Positions 48,563-57,873 of a stretch of DNA of 64,000 nucleotides are shown one piece after another (within the stretch, counting starts at the first letter, position 1; the number at the start of each line of letters is the position of its first letter). A program made the position numbers and the translations under genes. The notes under the pieces were generated by a model that was not told where the DNA came from, searched no databases, and saw nothing but the letters and a program-made list of their open reading frames with translations. The DNA comes from an uncultured Candidatus Saccharibacteria bacterium (lineage in GTDB: Bacteria; Patescibacteriota; Minisyncoccia; UBA6257; UBA11618): the NCBI GenBank assembly GCA_964373915.1, contig CAYJWP010000002.1, positions 4,312 to 68,311 of the forward strand, read 5' to 3'.

Positions 48563-50173
48563 ATGAGACAGAACTATGATGTTGTTATCGTCGGCGGAGG
48601 CCATAATGGACTTGTAGCCGCATGTTATCTAGCTAAAGCCGGTTTATCCGTTCTCGTTTTAGAACAAAATATTCGTTTGGGAGGAGCGGCCGCCGGCAGG
48701 AAGATGTTTGCTGGAATTGAGGCAGATATTCCCGAATATGCTTATTTGGTGAGTTTGTTTCCTCGGCAGATTGCTGAGGAACTAGTACTTAATTTTTCCA
48801 CAAAGAAAAGAGCGTTTGATTCGTTTACGCCTTATTCCAGGAGGGGAATTTATCAGGGCTTGTCCATTGGGGAGGATCAAGTTTTAACTAAAGAATCTTT
48901 TATTAATTTGACGGGTGATGAGTCTGAATACGAAGCTTTCCAGCGTTTTTCCGAAATGCGCCGAGCTTTTGCGGGCATAGTCTGGCCTACTCTACTTGAG
49001 CCGCTAATGTCAAGGGAGGCGATAAAAAGAAGATTTAGAAGTCCTGTGGAGAAAAAAGCATGGCAGTCTTTTGTGGATTGTGCCCTGGGCGAATGCATTG
49101 AGAGATTTTTTAAAGATGATTTGGTGAAAGGGCTGGTTTTTACTGATGCTAAAATAGGCGTTTTGACCAGAGGTTATGATTTGAATTTTGTTCAAAATAA
49201 AACCTTTATCTACCACATTATCGGCGGCGGAAATGGCAAGTGGCTGGTGCCGGTCGGAGGAACAAAGGCGCTAGTCGGCGAGCTAGGGGCGGCGGTGGAA
49301 AAACTGGGCGTTGATGCTTTATTGAACGCCAAAGTTTATAAAATTGAATTTGATAAGGGGATTTGGGCGGTTAAAGCTGATGTTTTAGGAGAAGGGAAAA
49401 AAATGGAGTTTGGGGGGCGGTTTCTGCTGGCTGATGTAGCCCCGAAAATTCTTTATCGCCTGATAACCGGCGATAACAGCCAATTAAAAGGCAGAAAAGT
49501 GATTGAAGAGGGTTCTTTCTTTAAAATAAACATGCTGGTCAGGCGCCTGCCGAGATTTAAGGCGCTGGCCCACTTGCAGGAGGATCAGCATATAAATGTG
49601 GGATTTTCCGGCACCATTCATATTAACGAGAGTTGCCAGAATATGGAAGAAAGTTACTGGGATGCCAAGGCGGGATTTTTTCCAGAAAATCTCCCGTTTG
49701 AGGTCTACTGCCACACTTTATCAGATCGGAGCATATTTCCTCCAGATTTAAGCGAAAGCTCCTGCCAATCCTTATCAATTTTTGCTTTGGATACGCCTTA
49801 CAGTTTGTTTAGAAACAAAAAATTAACCAATAATGAAGCGGCGCAGAGCTGTCTGCGGGCGTTCAATCGGTACCTGATTGAACCTCTGGAAGAATTACTT
49901 TTGGCGGACGGAAATGGCCGGCCCTGTCTCCAAACAAAAAGTCCGGTAGAAGTTGAAAGAGAATTAGGCATGCCTTTGGGAAACATTTTTCATCGGCCGC
50001 TCCAATGGCCCTTTGCCGAAAAGGAAGAAGAGATTGGCCGGTGGGGGGTGGAGACGGAGTTTGAGAATATTTTTATCTGCGGCGCCGGCGCCAAAAGAGG
50101 CGGAGGTATCAGCGGCATTCCGGGCAGGAATGCGGCGATGGCAGTGTTAGAGCAGTTCAAAACCCCCGCTTAG
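48563..50173 (+). CDS. FAD-dependent oxidoreductase (phytoene desaturase/amine oxidase CrtI-like family)
   Basis: DVVIVGGGHNGLVAACYLAKAGLSVLVLE dinucleotide-binding motif. GGAGG SD before the ATG at 48563. Confidence 0.7.
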   Translation: MRQNYDVVIVGGGHNGLVAACYLAKAGLSVLVLEQNIRLGGAAAGRKMFAGIEADIPEYAYLVSLFPRQIAEELVLNFSTKKRAFDSFTPYSRRGIYQGLSIGEDQVLTKESFINLTGDESEYEAFQRFSEMRRAFAGIVWPTLLEPLMSREAIKRRFRSPVEKKAWQSFVDCALGECIERFFKDDLVKGLVFTDAKIGVLTRGYDLNFVQNKTFIYHIIGGGNGKWLVPVGGTKALVGELGAAVEKLGVDALLNAKVYKIEFDKGIWAVKADVLGEGKKMEFGGRFLLADVAPKILYRLITGDNSQLKGRKVIEEGSFFKINMLVRRLPRFKALAHLQEDQHINVGFSGTIHINESCQNMEESYWDAKAGFFPENLPFEVYCHTLSDRSIFPPDLSESSCQSLSIFALDTPYSLFRNKKLTNNEAAQSCLRAFNRYLIEPLEELLLADGNGRPCLQTKSPVEVERELGMPLGNIFHRPLQWPFAEKEEEIGRWGVETEFENIFICGAGAKRGGGISGIPGRNAAMAVLEQFKTPA

Positions 50174-50186
50174 GCGGGGGATTTTT
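50163..50186. terminator. Bidirectional rho-independent terminator between convergent genes
   Basis: aaaacccccgc-ttag-gcggggg-attttt. Confidence 0.65.
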
Positions 50187-50964
50187 AGCTAGCGATGACC
50201 TCCTCCACCGGTTCTCCGGGGAGGCTGTTGTTGATTTCTGTAAGCCAATTTTCAACTCCATCAAGAAAAGGACCAAGTTCAGAAACGTATCGTTGTTGTT
50301 CTTCATATGTACGTAACCCACTAAGCGGGCACGCGATTATGCCTCCAGAAGCTAATCTTTCAGCGCCAGCATCGTCATTAAGAGGATTCTTACCCTCTGG
50401 GTATATACTGTAAAAGAATTGAGGCCATTCATTACCAAGATCACCGAGCAGAGGATAAGCGTTGAATTTCGGAGGAAGGGCATCGGAAGGCAAGCCTCCT
50501 TTTAAAGAGGAGTTTGACATTTCTTCTCCCAGCGGCGATACAATATTGGTAAAAGATGGAACACCCGCAGAGGCGATTTTATTGGCATCTTCACCCCTAC
50601 TTAATGGTTTAATAGTCGGATCTGGCCGAGTACGGGGACCAAGGCAAAGAAGTGGTCTATTTCCACCGCTAGGTAACCCAACACAGGAATCATTTTTTCT
50701 ACTTGCCCGAGAACAATATAACCATCTATGCACGGGAAATACTGCAGGTCCTTTATATCTTATGCAGGAGTAATTCCAGCCCGGATCTTTCCTCTCGTAC
50801 GCAGCTTTTATTTTTCTCTCTAATAAATCTCTACAAGTCTTCTCATAAAAACGGCAAACTTGGAGATCAGAAGAAGCCGCAGTCATTCTAGTGTAGAAGA
50901 TAAACAAAACAAAAGAAGCCAGCAGAAACAACATCAAAAGTTTATTTTTATTACTGATAACCAT
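50185..50964 (-). CDS. Secreted Cys-rich protein (member 1 of 4 in a Cys-rich operon)
   Basis: Signal/TM anchor (LLMLFLLASFVLFIF). Many Cys. A 3-nt gap to the upstream gene. Confidence 0.5.
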   Translation of the reverse strand: MVISNKNKLLMLFLLASFVLFIFYTRMTAASSDLQVCRFYEKTCRDLLERKIKAAYERKDPGWNYSCIRYKGPAVFPVHRWLYCSRASRKNDSCVGLPSGGNRPLLCLGPRTRPDPTIKPLSRGEDANKIASAGVPSFTNIVSPLGEEMSNSSLKGGLPSDALPPKFNAYPLLGDLGNEWPQFFYSIYPEGKNPLNDDAGAERLASGGIIACPLSGLRTYEEQQRYVSELGPFLDGVENWLTEINNSLPGEPVEEVIAS

Positions 50965-50966
50965 AA

Positions 50967-51593
50967 TTATCTATTAGTCTCTTTCTCTAATTCTTCGACC
51001 TTCTTTTCAAGCGTTACGAGTTCTTCTTCGGCATTTAAAATCTCATCCTCACCAAATAAAGATCTTTGTATTCTGCTAATTCTGGGTAGAATATCTACGG
51101 TTAAATCTTGACTTAACTCCTCAATCATGTGAGAAATAGCCACTAGCGTGTCAAGGGGATAAATAGCTAAAGGATCGCCCGAATTAAGAGCGCAGTTACC
51201 AATATTGCAAAGAGGATTGCTACAGGATACGGGGAGAGCCGGAGCCAGAGCGCAATCGGCCACTTCGGGATGAGCTAGGCAATAGTCGTAGCCGCAGGAG
51301 CCGGCTAACTCTATCTTCTCGCCAATATCTTGGCAGGGGCCGGAGTTGCAGTAGCTGGCGTAGCAAGAGACGATAACCGGGACGCGGTCGCAGGCATCTC
51401 CATCGGCGCCGGTGAAGTCTTGGCAGGCATCGTAATAACAGGTATCGGCATCTTCTATAACCGCTCCCAAACCCGCCGCCTGGGGCTGGGTTTGCGGCCT
51501 GATAATACCCATAAGCAATAAGACAACTATAGCAAGAACAGCCACTATGAGAACTGTCCAGAATATTTTTGAAACGTTCATTGTTTTAATCAT
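50967..51593 (-). CDS. Membrane-anchored Cys-rich protein with C-terminal coiled-coil (member 2)
   Basis: N-terminal TM helix. VSCSNPLCNIGNC motif shared with member 3. C-terminal EEELVTLEKKVEELEKE coiled coil. Confidence 0.55.
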   Translation of the reverse strand: MIKTMNVSKIFWTVLIVAVLAIVVLLLMGIIRPQTQPQAAGLGAVIEDADTCYYDACQDFTGADGDACDRVPVIVSCYASYCNSGPCQDIGEKIELAGSCGYDYCLAHPEVADCALAPALPVSCSNPLCNIGNCALNSGDPLAIYPLDTLVAISHMIEELSQDLTVDILPRISRIQRSLFGEDEILNAEEELVTLEKKVEELEKETNR

Positions 51594-51600
51594 AACACTA

Positions 51601-52590
51601 TTAATTGCATACTACTTCTCCGCAGGTGCTCAAAGAAGCGCCACTAGGCAATGTCTTTACAAAGGGGCCTACATAACGGCACCCGGCAGGGGGAGGAGCG
51701 CACGAACCGCCAGCGGAAAGACCACCACCGTCTTTTTGGGACAACAGGGCGTCAATTCTTGCCTGAAGGGCGGCGATTTGTTCCCGAAGCGCATTTATAA
51801 GACTTTCTCCAAGGGGGCTAGGAAAAGGATCGGGAGATATTTTTGGCCGGCACCAGGTGAGTTCGTTGTTGTCTTTGTTAGCGTTAACACAGGATTCACT
51901 ACTGCAAAGCACTAATCCTGGAAATCGGCTACAAACAAAGTTGGATTTAGGGCAAGTTGACCCAAGAATGCAGTATAATTCAGATGGCGGAGGTGGTGGT
52001 GGCGGAGATATGGGCGGCTGACCGATAGGAGTACAGATAAATCCCGGCACTGTTTTAGCAAGACATCTTGGATTGTTACAGCTGATTACTATGGGAAAAA
52101 TCAGCGGACAACCCCCCGGTTTGTCTTCGCACAAAGAACGATCCACGTCGAAGAGGCACAATTGATCGGTGGGGGGCGGGGGGGTTGTAGGGCCACAAGA
52201 CCAGTTAGGAGCGGGAAAATCTCGCTTACACTGCTCACAAGAAACAGAAAGGAATCGGCAGGGCGGTCCAAGGAAACCTGGACCATCAACCAGACAAAGT
52301 TTACAAGTCTCTCCGGGCACCGGAACTGGCACCGGCACCGGCACAGGAAATGGCCCTCCTGTTGCTTTCACACACTTGCCATTAACATAATCGCAGTCGG
52401 GGTTACTCTCACAAATCTGTCCTCTTCGGGGATCGGGAATACCCATTAAGTTAACGTTAGCGCACTTATCTTCTCTAGCATGAAACGCCTGTGGCTGGAC
52501 CGAGGGGGAGATTAACGCAGGTACAGAAACCAAAACCAGCAGGCCGGCTAGGATGCCCAGTAACAACCAGATTGCCTTTAAATTAGTCAT
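51601..52590 (-). CDS. Secreted Cys/Pro-rich protein with PVPVPVPVPVPG and PPPPPPP tracts and a C-terminal coiled-coil (member 3)
   Basis: Signal peptide. About 30 Cys. ISCNNPRC motif. LINALREQIAALQARIDALL coiled coil. Confidence 0.55.
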   Translation of the reverse strand: MTNLKAIWLLLGILAGLLVLVSVPALISPSVQPQAFHAREDKCANVNLMGIPDPRRGQICESNPDCDYVNGKCVKATGGPFPVPVPVPVPVPGETCKLCLVDGPGFLGPPCRFLSVSCEQCKRDFPAPNWSCGPTTPPPPTDQLCLFDVDRSLCEDKPGGCPLIFPIVISCNNPRCLAKTVPGFICTPIGQPPISPPPPPPPSELYCILGSTCPKSNFVCSRFPGLVLCSSESCVNANKDNNELTWCRPKISPDPFPSPLGESLINALREQIAALQARIDALLSQKDGGGLSAGGSCAPPPAGCRYVGPFVKTLPSGASLSTCGEVVCN

Positions 52591-52594
52591 AGTT

Positions 52595-53446
52595 TTATGA
52601 TTGTAATAATCTTAATCTTTCCTGAAGAGCTTCAATTTGTTTTTTAAGCCTAGCTAGTTCTGTCGCCAACGATGAGTCGTTAATTTGTTGTTTCCTGACG
52701 GCTGCTCTAGCTTCCAATCGTGAAAGTCCTGGCAAAACACTGTCGCGGAGTTGTTCTCTTAACAAAACTAATTGCTTAGACATATTGTCTCCACCAGCCC
52801 GCATTCTCTCTCTGGTTTGGCGGTTGTTGGCGCGGGGGACATCTCCCATCGAAAAAGCGGGGCTATCAAACCCGGCGGTGGAGCAGATATCGTTCTGCTT
52901 ATAGCCACTCTTAGAGTCCACACAAGAGCCATTTTGACTACCGCCTATAAGCAGCCAGACGCATCCTAAAGATTTTTTCTGAGCGCATCTTTCCTTTTCT
53001 AGATTAACGAGCGTGCATTTACCTGAAGCCTCAACCCAGTGGCAGACTTCCCGTCCGCGGCGGCGAGCTTCAAAATCAGACATATTTAACTCACTAGAGG
53101 TAAGAGGGCGCTCGCATTCATCTTTTGTTCTGGCAGTCGTGCATCTTAGTTGCATGAAAGTAACGCTAGAACCGCTTATCCCACCAGGTCTACTTACCTG
53201 TTGTTCTTTTGGTGGTCTCGAGGGAGCGCTGTTTCTTTGAGGAGTAGGTTGTCTGCGTGAGCATCGGATTTTTGCTGCGTCTTGGCATTTTTGAACTTCG
53301 GCTTTACTTTGAGCAGATTTTAAACAGGAGGGATCAGGACGGCATACATGCACAGCCAGAGCTCTGGGCGGGTAAATAAGGAGAGCGGCAAGGACGATTA
53401 AGGCAAAAATAAAAACGAGAGAAAAAGAGAAACTTAATTGTTTCAT
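52595..53446 (-). CDS. Secreted Cys-rich protein with C-terminal coiled-coil (member 4)
   Basis: Signal peptide. Multiple Cys. LVLLREQLRD ... LKKQIEALQERLRLLQS coiled coil. Confidence 0.55.
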   Translation of the reverse strand: MKQLSFSFSLVFIFALIVLAALLIYPPRALAVHVCRPDPSCLKSAQSKAEVQKCQDAAKIRCSRRQPTPQRNSAPSRPPKEQQVSRPGGISGSSVTFMQLRCTTARTKDECERPLTSSELNMSDFEARRRGREVCHWVEASGKCTLVNLEKERCAQKKSLGCVWLLIGGSQNGSCVDSKSGYKQNDICSTAGFDSPAFSMGDVPRANNRQTRERMRAGGDNMSKQLVLLREQLRDSVLPGLSRLEARAAVRKQQINDSSLATELARLKKQIEALQERLRLLQS

Positions 53447-53495
53447 TACCTTTATTTTATCATCCGCAGATTTTTTAAGGCAAGACTAAAGTTAT

Positions 53496-55073
53496 TCACA
53501 CCTTTTTTCCGGGATTAAAAATGTTGTTCGGGTCAAATATTTTTTTAGTTTCTTTGAAGAGTTGGCAGACCTCCCCGCCGAACATCTCTTTAAGGTATGG
53601 AGTGCGGATGAGGCCGTCGTTGTGCTCGGCGGACATAGAGCCGCCAAAGGCAAAGACCAACTGATAAACTTTTTTAGAGAGAGTTTTAATAATTTTTTTA
53701 GACAGGGGATCGGTTAAGTCCATTAAAGGGATGATGTGGAGGTTGCCGTCGCCGATATGGCCGACGATGGTGTATTCAAAATCATACCGGCTAAGGATTT
53801 TTTCCAGTTGAGGAAGAAATTGAGGCAGTTTTTCTGGCCGGACTATTAGGTCGTCAATAAAAGGCGCCGGCTTCTTGTCTTGGAAGTGGCCGCGGAGAAG
53901 ATTAAAACTCTCGCGGCGCATCAGCCAGTATTTTTCGGTGTCTATGCCGGGCCGAGCAACGCGGGCGGGCAATCCCATCTTTTTAATTTCTTTAAGAGCG
54001 TCAGCGGCTGCCATTTTTACCTGACTGTCGGAGTTAGCGGCAAATTGGGCAATCATTACCAATTTAGGGAAGCCTCCCTGCAGAAACATTAAAGATTCGG
54101 GCAGAAAGCGCCAGAAATGCTTCCACATCAAGTAGCGCAATGCCAGCTTCATAGTGTAATTATCAAAAAACTCAAAACTTTCCGGTTTTAGGCGGAGGAT
54201 TTTTTCTGCAATTGCAGGAATCAGGGAGATATCTTTAAGAAAAATAATCAGCAGGCGGGAGTTTCTTTGAGGTTTGATAAGGCGAAATTTAATCTCGGTG
54301 ATGACGCCGAGAGTGCCTTGAGAGCCGGTAAAAAGCCTGGTCAGGTCAAAAGTTTTGCCGTCCCAGACATTCCAAAGAGCGTAGCCGGAGGAGTTTTTGG
54401 AGACTTTAGGCCGGGCATTTTTTAGCAGTTTATAGTTGGCAGTTAGCAATTTGTGGAGCTGGCGGTAAATTTCTCCCTCAAAATCACTCTGTTTAATTTT
54501 CTTATCTAACTGCTGTTTACTAAGGGGTTTAATGGCGTATTCGTTGCCATCGGAGAGGACTACTTTTAATTTCCGGACAAAGTTTTCAGTCTTGCCGTAA
54601 GCGAGAGTTTTCTCTCCGCCGGCATTGTTGGCGACCATGCCACCGATAGCGCAAATTTCGCGGGAGGAGGGATAGGAGGGGAGAAGCAGATTTTTTGCTA
54701 ATGTTTTTTTTTCAAAATCGCGGTAGTAGACTCCCGGCTGGGCGATGGCATAGCCGCCCCGCTGGCTGGCGGAAACTTTTTTTATCTTGTTAAAATACTT
54801 GGTGAAATCCAGAATAATTGAGTCGTTGAGGGGGCCGCCGGTCATATCTGTGCCGGCGGAGCGGGCGGTAAGGGATAATTTATAATTTCTAATTTTGAAT
54901 TTTGAATTAATGAATTTAACCAGATTTTTTATGTCAGAAACTGATTTGGGGGCGATGACCAGTTGCGGCTTTACCTGGAAGATACTGGCGTCGCGGCTAT
55001 ATTTTTCCAGAGTTTGCCGGTCGCTGTAGACCTTCCCCCGAACAATTTTTTGTAATTCTTTTTTAAGGCTCAT
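53496..55073 (-). CDS. FAD-linked oxidase (PCMH-type FAD-binding; GlcD/D-lactate dehydrogenase-like)
   Basis: ARSAGTDMTGG FAD-binding motif. Start moved to the Met at 55073 (MSLKKELQKIV), because a hairpin occupies 55100-55135. Confidence 0.7.
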   Translation of the reverse strand: MSLKKELQKIVRGKVYSDRQTLEKYSRDASIFQVKPQLVIAPKSVSDIKNLVKFINSKFKIRNYKLSLTARSAGTDMTGGPLNDSIILDFTKYFNKIKKVSASQRGGYAIAQPGVYYRDFEKKTLAKNLLLPSYPSSREICAIGGMVANNAGGEKTLAYGKTENFVRKLKVVLSDGNEYAIKPLSKQQLDKKIKQSDFEGEIYRQLHKLLTANYKLLKNARPKVSKNSSGYALWNVWDGKTFDLTRLFTGSQGTLGVITEIKFRLIKPQRNSRLLIIFLKDISLIPAIAEKILRLKPESFEFFDNYTMKLALRYLMWKHFWRFLPESLMFLQGGFPKLVMIAQFAANSDSQVKMAAADALKEIKKMGLPARVARPGIDTEKYWLMRRESFNLLRGHFQDKKPAPFIDDLIVRPEKLPQFLPQLEKILSRYDFEYTIVGHIGDGNLHIIPLMDLTDPLSKKIIKTLSKKVYQLVFAFGGSMSAEHNDGLIRTPYLKEMFGGEVCQLFKETKKIFDPNNIFNPGKKV

Positions 55074-55097
55074 TAACAGAATTTTAACACAAAACAC

Positions 55098-55135
55098 AAA
55101 CCCCGCACCTTTGTGGAATCTTAAGGCGCGGGGTT
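55098..55135 (-). terminator. Putative terminator/attenuator hairpin downstream of the small-protein genes
   Basis: ccccgcacc-(15 nt)-ggcgcgggg stem followed in minus sense by a U-rich tract. Confidence 0.35.
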
Positions 55136-55161
55136 TATTATTCACCGAGTAAATTTTTACT

Positions 55162-55320
55162 CAGTGACGGTTTCGGTGACCGTTGCCGTTAAATCTTCTC
55201 CTAATGTATCTTCGACAGAAACCTCCTCTGTTGGAGTTTCGGAAGAAGTTCTGCTATAAAAGAAGTACCAAGCGCCGGCAACGATAAGTACCAGCACAAC
55301 AACCCAAATCCAAACTTTCA
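55162..55320 (-). CDS. Small membrane-anchored acidic protein (52 aa; not in the ORF track)
   Basis: MKVWIWVVVLVLIVAGAWYFFY followed by a Glu/Thr-rich tail. Similar architecture to the 98-aa neighbour. Confidence 0.3.
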
Positions 55321-55394
55321 TTTAAATTGTTAAGTTTTTTGATAAATAATCACAACGACCTTTTCAATTAAAACTTTGCTAAGTATTAAACAAG

Positions 55395-55691
55395 TTAAAG
55401 ACCGCTGTCAAGAGCCTCTAGGTCTGTTTCGTTGAGGTCTGCCTCAATGGCGGCCACATCATCAGAGGTTCTTATTCGGCTTAAATCTTCAGTTAGTTGG
55501 TCGGGGGAATACGCGGCATCCACACCGGCTTCTTGAAGGGCCTGTTTCTCCGCTTCGGTGAATTCCACAGCATCAAGTTCCTCTCCAACACCGATATATT
55601 CCTTGCCGTACCAATTTCGGCTGAAGAAGAAGGCGCCGGCGGCTATCGCTAGAATGACGACTGCTAAAATAATTATTTTGTTTTTGCTCAT
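55395..55691 (-). CDS. Small membrane-anchored acidic protein
   Basis: One N-terminal TM helix (IIILAVVILAIAAGAFFF) and an acidic C-terminus. Confidence 0.4.
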   Translation of the reverse strand: MSKNKIIILAVVILAIAAGAFFFSRNWYGKEYIGVGEELDAVEFTEAEKQALQEAGVDAAYSPDQLTEDLSRIRTSDDVAAIEADLNETDLEALDSGL

Positions 55692-55697
55692 ATTTTT

Positions 55698-56543
55698 TTA
55701 GTTATTATTAGTGCTGGTAGCGGTGCTGGTGGCATTTTCATCATCCTCGTTGTCGTTACCAGCCCCCTTAAGAAGGTCCTTTATTTTTTGGACGATGTCT
55801 TGGAATTTTTGTTTAAGGGTTTTAATATCATCTTTTAGCTCTTTGGCTATAGCTTTAGCTTCGGCGGTAACTTCTTCCGCGCTTTTCTTGGCGTCCAGAT
55901 AAGATTCAAACTTCTGGCGTAAGGCGTCTATTTTAGCGTCAATGGCAAGCTTGGAATTCTTAGCTTCCTCCATCAAAGGGGTGATACTGGAAACATCTAT
56001 GCCCCTTTCTTGCATTTTTTTCAGTCGAGCCTCAATTCTTTTGGCAATGTGGTCAAAACGGGCGGCGGCATGGCGGAAGCGAAACAAGATTTTCATTGCT
56101 TTACGGTGGGCGTGAACCATGCGGGCGCTGTCTTTGGCCGATTCAACCTTCTCTCTAAAAGTGCTGCGCAACTCTTCTTTTCTGGCTTTAAAGGCTTCTT
56201 TTAGCTCCTCTTGTCCTTTTTTAAGCTCTTCCCTTTTAGCTTTAAATTCCTCTTTTATTTTTTCCCTCTCTTCTTTAGCTAAGTTAGAAAAGTCTCTAAA
56301 CTTGCCGGAGGTTTCTTCTTGTAAAGCGCGGCGTTTTTCTTCTATATCATCTATGAGCAATCGGTGCTTTTCTCGAAATTCGTCCCTTTCTACTTTTAGC
56401 TCCTTTCTTTGAGCTTTAACTTTTTCTTCAAGAGCTTTGCGGGCTTCAGCGTTTTCTTTTCCATGGTCGGCTAGAGCGACCGAGGAAAACAGAGCGACCG
56501 ATGTAATGAGGGCTGTAACAGCCATTTTTTTAGCGTTTTTCAT
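55698..56543 (-). CDS. Secreted Lys/Glu-rich coiled-coil protein
   Basis: Signal peptide (ALFSSVALA). Long KE-rich heptad-like region. Thr/Asn tail. Confidence 0.5.
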   Translation of the reverse strand: MKNAKKMAVTALITSVALFSSVALADHGKENAEARKALEEKVKAQRKELKVERDEFREKHRLLIDDIEEKRRALQEETSGKFRDFSNLAKEEREKIKEEFKAKREELKKGQEELKEAFKARKEELRSTFREKVESAKDSARMVHAHRKAMKILFRFRHAAARFDHIAKRIEARLKKMQERGIDVSSITPLMEEAKNSKLAIDAKIDALRQKFESYLDAKKSAEEVTAEAKAIAKELKDDIKTLKQKFQDIVQKIKDLLKGAGNDNEDDENATSTATSTNNN

Positions 56544-56602
56544 AGTGATTTTGATGGTAGCAGATTGCTAATTTAATTTCAATAGAACGATAATAATGCT
56601 AA

Positions 56603-56630
56603 AAAAGCCCCGAGAAGCTCGGGGCGGGGT
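56603..56630 (-). terminator. Rho-independent terminator
   Basis: gccccgag-aagc-ctcggggc followed in minus sense by TTTTTT, directly after the stop at 56633. Confidence 0.7.
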
Positions 56631-56632
56631 TT

Positions 56633-57223
56633 CTAATAATTTTCCAGAGTTTTTTCCAGCTTTTCTTTAAGAAATCTTATTTCAGACAACTCAATAAAAG
56701 CATTATCAAGACTGGCCGGGCTACCGAGGCAACGAAATCTGGCGTTGTTTATCATTCTGGTCAGGTCGGCGCTTACTTTTCTAGCTCCCAGCTTGACCAG
56801 CCACTGGTCATCAGGCACCTTCTCCAGTTTTTTGGGGATGGCGTCTAGGTCCTTGTCGGTGTTGGCCAAAAATTGGAGAAGCACCTCGTACTCAATCCCT
56901 CTTTCTTTAAAATCAGGATTGGTCAGCCAATTAATCGCCACTTGGGCTCTTGCCAGCTTTTCTGTGATAATAATTTCATAATCGCGGAAGTCGGGGCAGG
57001 ACAAGCGCTGTTCAGCTTCGCTGATTTGCAGGCTGGTCTGGCCTAGATAGACGAAGAAGAATTCTGAAAAGGCGGGGAAGCGGGAATTTGCCCGCTGGCT
57101 TTTTACTTCTTGGGCAAGATTAGCCGTTATTTTTTGATATACCTTCGGAGCGTCGGTCGGCCCAACGCCGGCAGAAGTAATAATTGCTAAAAATGCCGTT
57201 AAACTCACCAACAAAGCTTCCAT
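56633..57223 (-). CDS. Secreted hypothetical protein
   Basis: 196 aa with a signal peptide and a terminator immediately downstream. Confidence 0.45.
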   Translation of the reverse strand: MEALLVSLTAFLAIITSAGVGPTDAPKVYQKITANLAQEVKSQRANSRFPAFSEFFFVYLGQTSLQISEAEQRLSCPDFRDYEIIITEKLARAQVAINWLTNPDFKERGIEYEVLLQFLANTDKDLDAIPKKLEKVPDDQWLVKLGARKVSADLTRMINNARFRCLGSPASLDNAFIELSEIRFLKEKLEKTLENY

Positions 57224-57303
57224 CGGCTCTCCTTTGTGGGTTTTGGAAAGATGCTGTTTAAAACCAGGAAGATATTAATATTTTATCTAAGAAAAGTCAA
57301 CCT

Positions 57304-57480
57304 ATTTTATAAAACCAAACCAACATATCCCTGTCGGCACTGGCGGTTCAGGCGCCCAGCCGCGCCTGCCCGCCTAAAGGCTCGGCACGAAACTTTTTTA
57401 TAAGATTAATTATAATAAAAAAGACCATGCTTTCGTGCCTCCGCCATTTGCCGCACGGGATAGTTGATTTGGTTTTATAA
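57304..57480. other. Intergenic element of about 177 nt: about 25-bp AT-rich imperfect inverted repeats flanking a GC-rich core (structured ncRNA or MITE-like element)
   Basis: ttttataaaaccaaaccaacatatccc at 57304-57330 versus gggatagttgatttggttttataaa at 57456-57480 (reverse complement; about 24/26 match). Core contains ggcgc-ccagcc-gcgcc and ggcacgaaac / gctttcgtgcc pairings. Confidence 0.3.
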
Positions 57481-57530
57481 AGGTTAAGGTTTAGATGGGT
57501 TGTGAACTTGAGGGGGCTATATAAAAAACA

Positions 57531-57560
57531 AAAACCCCCGCTAGGAGCGGGGGTTTTTGT
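57531..57560. terminator. Bidirectional rho-independent terminator
   Basis: aaaaacccccgc-tagga-gcgggggtttttgtttt. Confidence 0.7.
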
Positions 57561-57566
57561 TTTGCC

Positions 57567-57752
57567 TTAAAAGCGGTCTCTGCGAAAAGCAGGACGGCTC
57601 TTTTTGTGGCAATCGCGGCATTTCAGCTGATCAATCCGGCTTGGATCTGGCTCGAAGGGAAGCTCTTTAATTTCAGCTCCGCACTCCGCGCACTTCCAAT
57701 CACCCTGATACATCTTTCTCTGAAAACCGCCACCGTTATTATCGTACGCCAT
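57567..57752 (-). CDS. Small Zn-ribbon protein (CxxC...CxxC)
   Basis: 61 aa. CAECG ... CRDCH. Strong terminator directly downstream. Confidence 0.4.
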   Translation of the reverse strand: MAYDNNGGGFQRKMYQGDWKCAECGAEIKELPFEPDPSRIDQLKCRDCHKKSRPAFRRDRF

Positions 57753-57873
57753 TTATTCACTTATAAACTTAATGACCTTTTAACTGGAAGGCGTGAACAA
57801 AAAGCTTACGACTTACAGTATGTTGCCATTATACAGCGTATCTTGATATTATGCAAGTGGTGGATGTCAAGAC

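Noticed and set aside
57290-57500. Tested the structured intergenic element against SRP RNA, RNase P RNA, tmRNA and 6S RNA consensus features
   Set aside because: No GGAAG..AGCA (SRP), no GGAAAGUCCGGGC or ACAGAACCCGGC (RNase P), and no tRNA-like ends (tmRNA). Kept as an unknown element, not assigned to a family.
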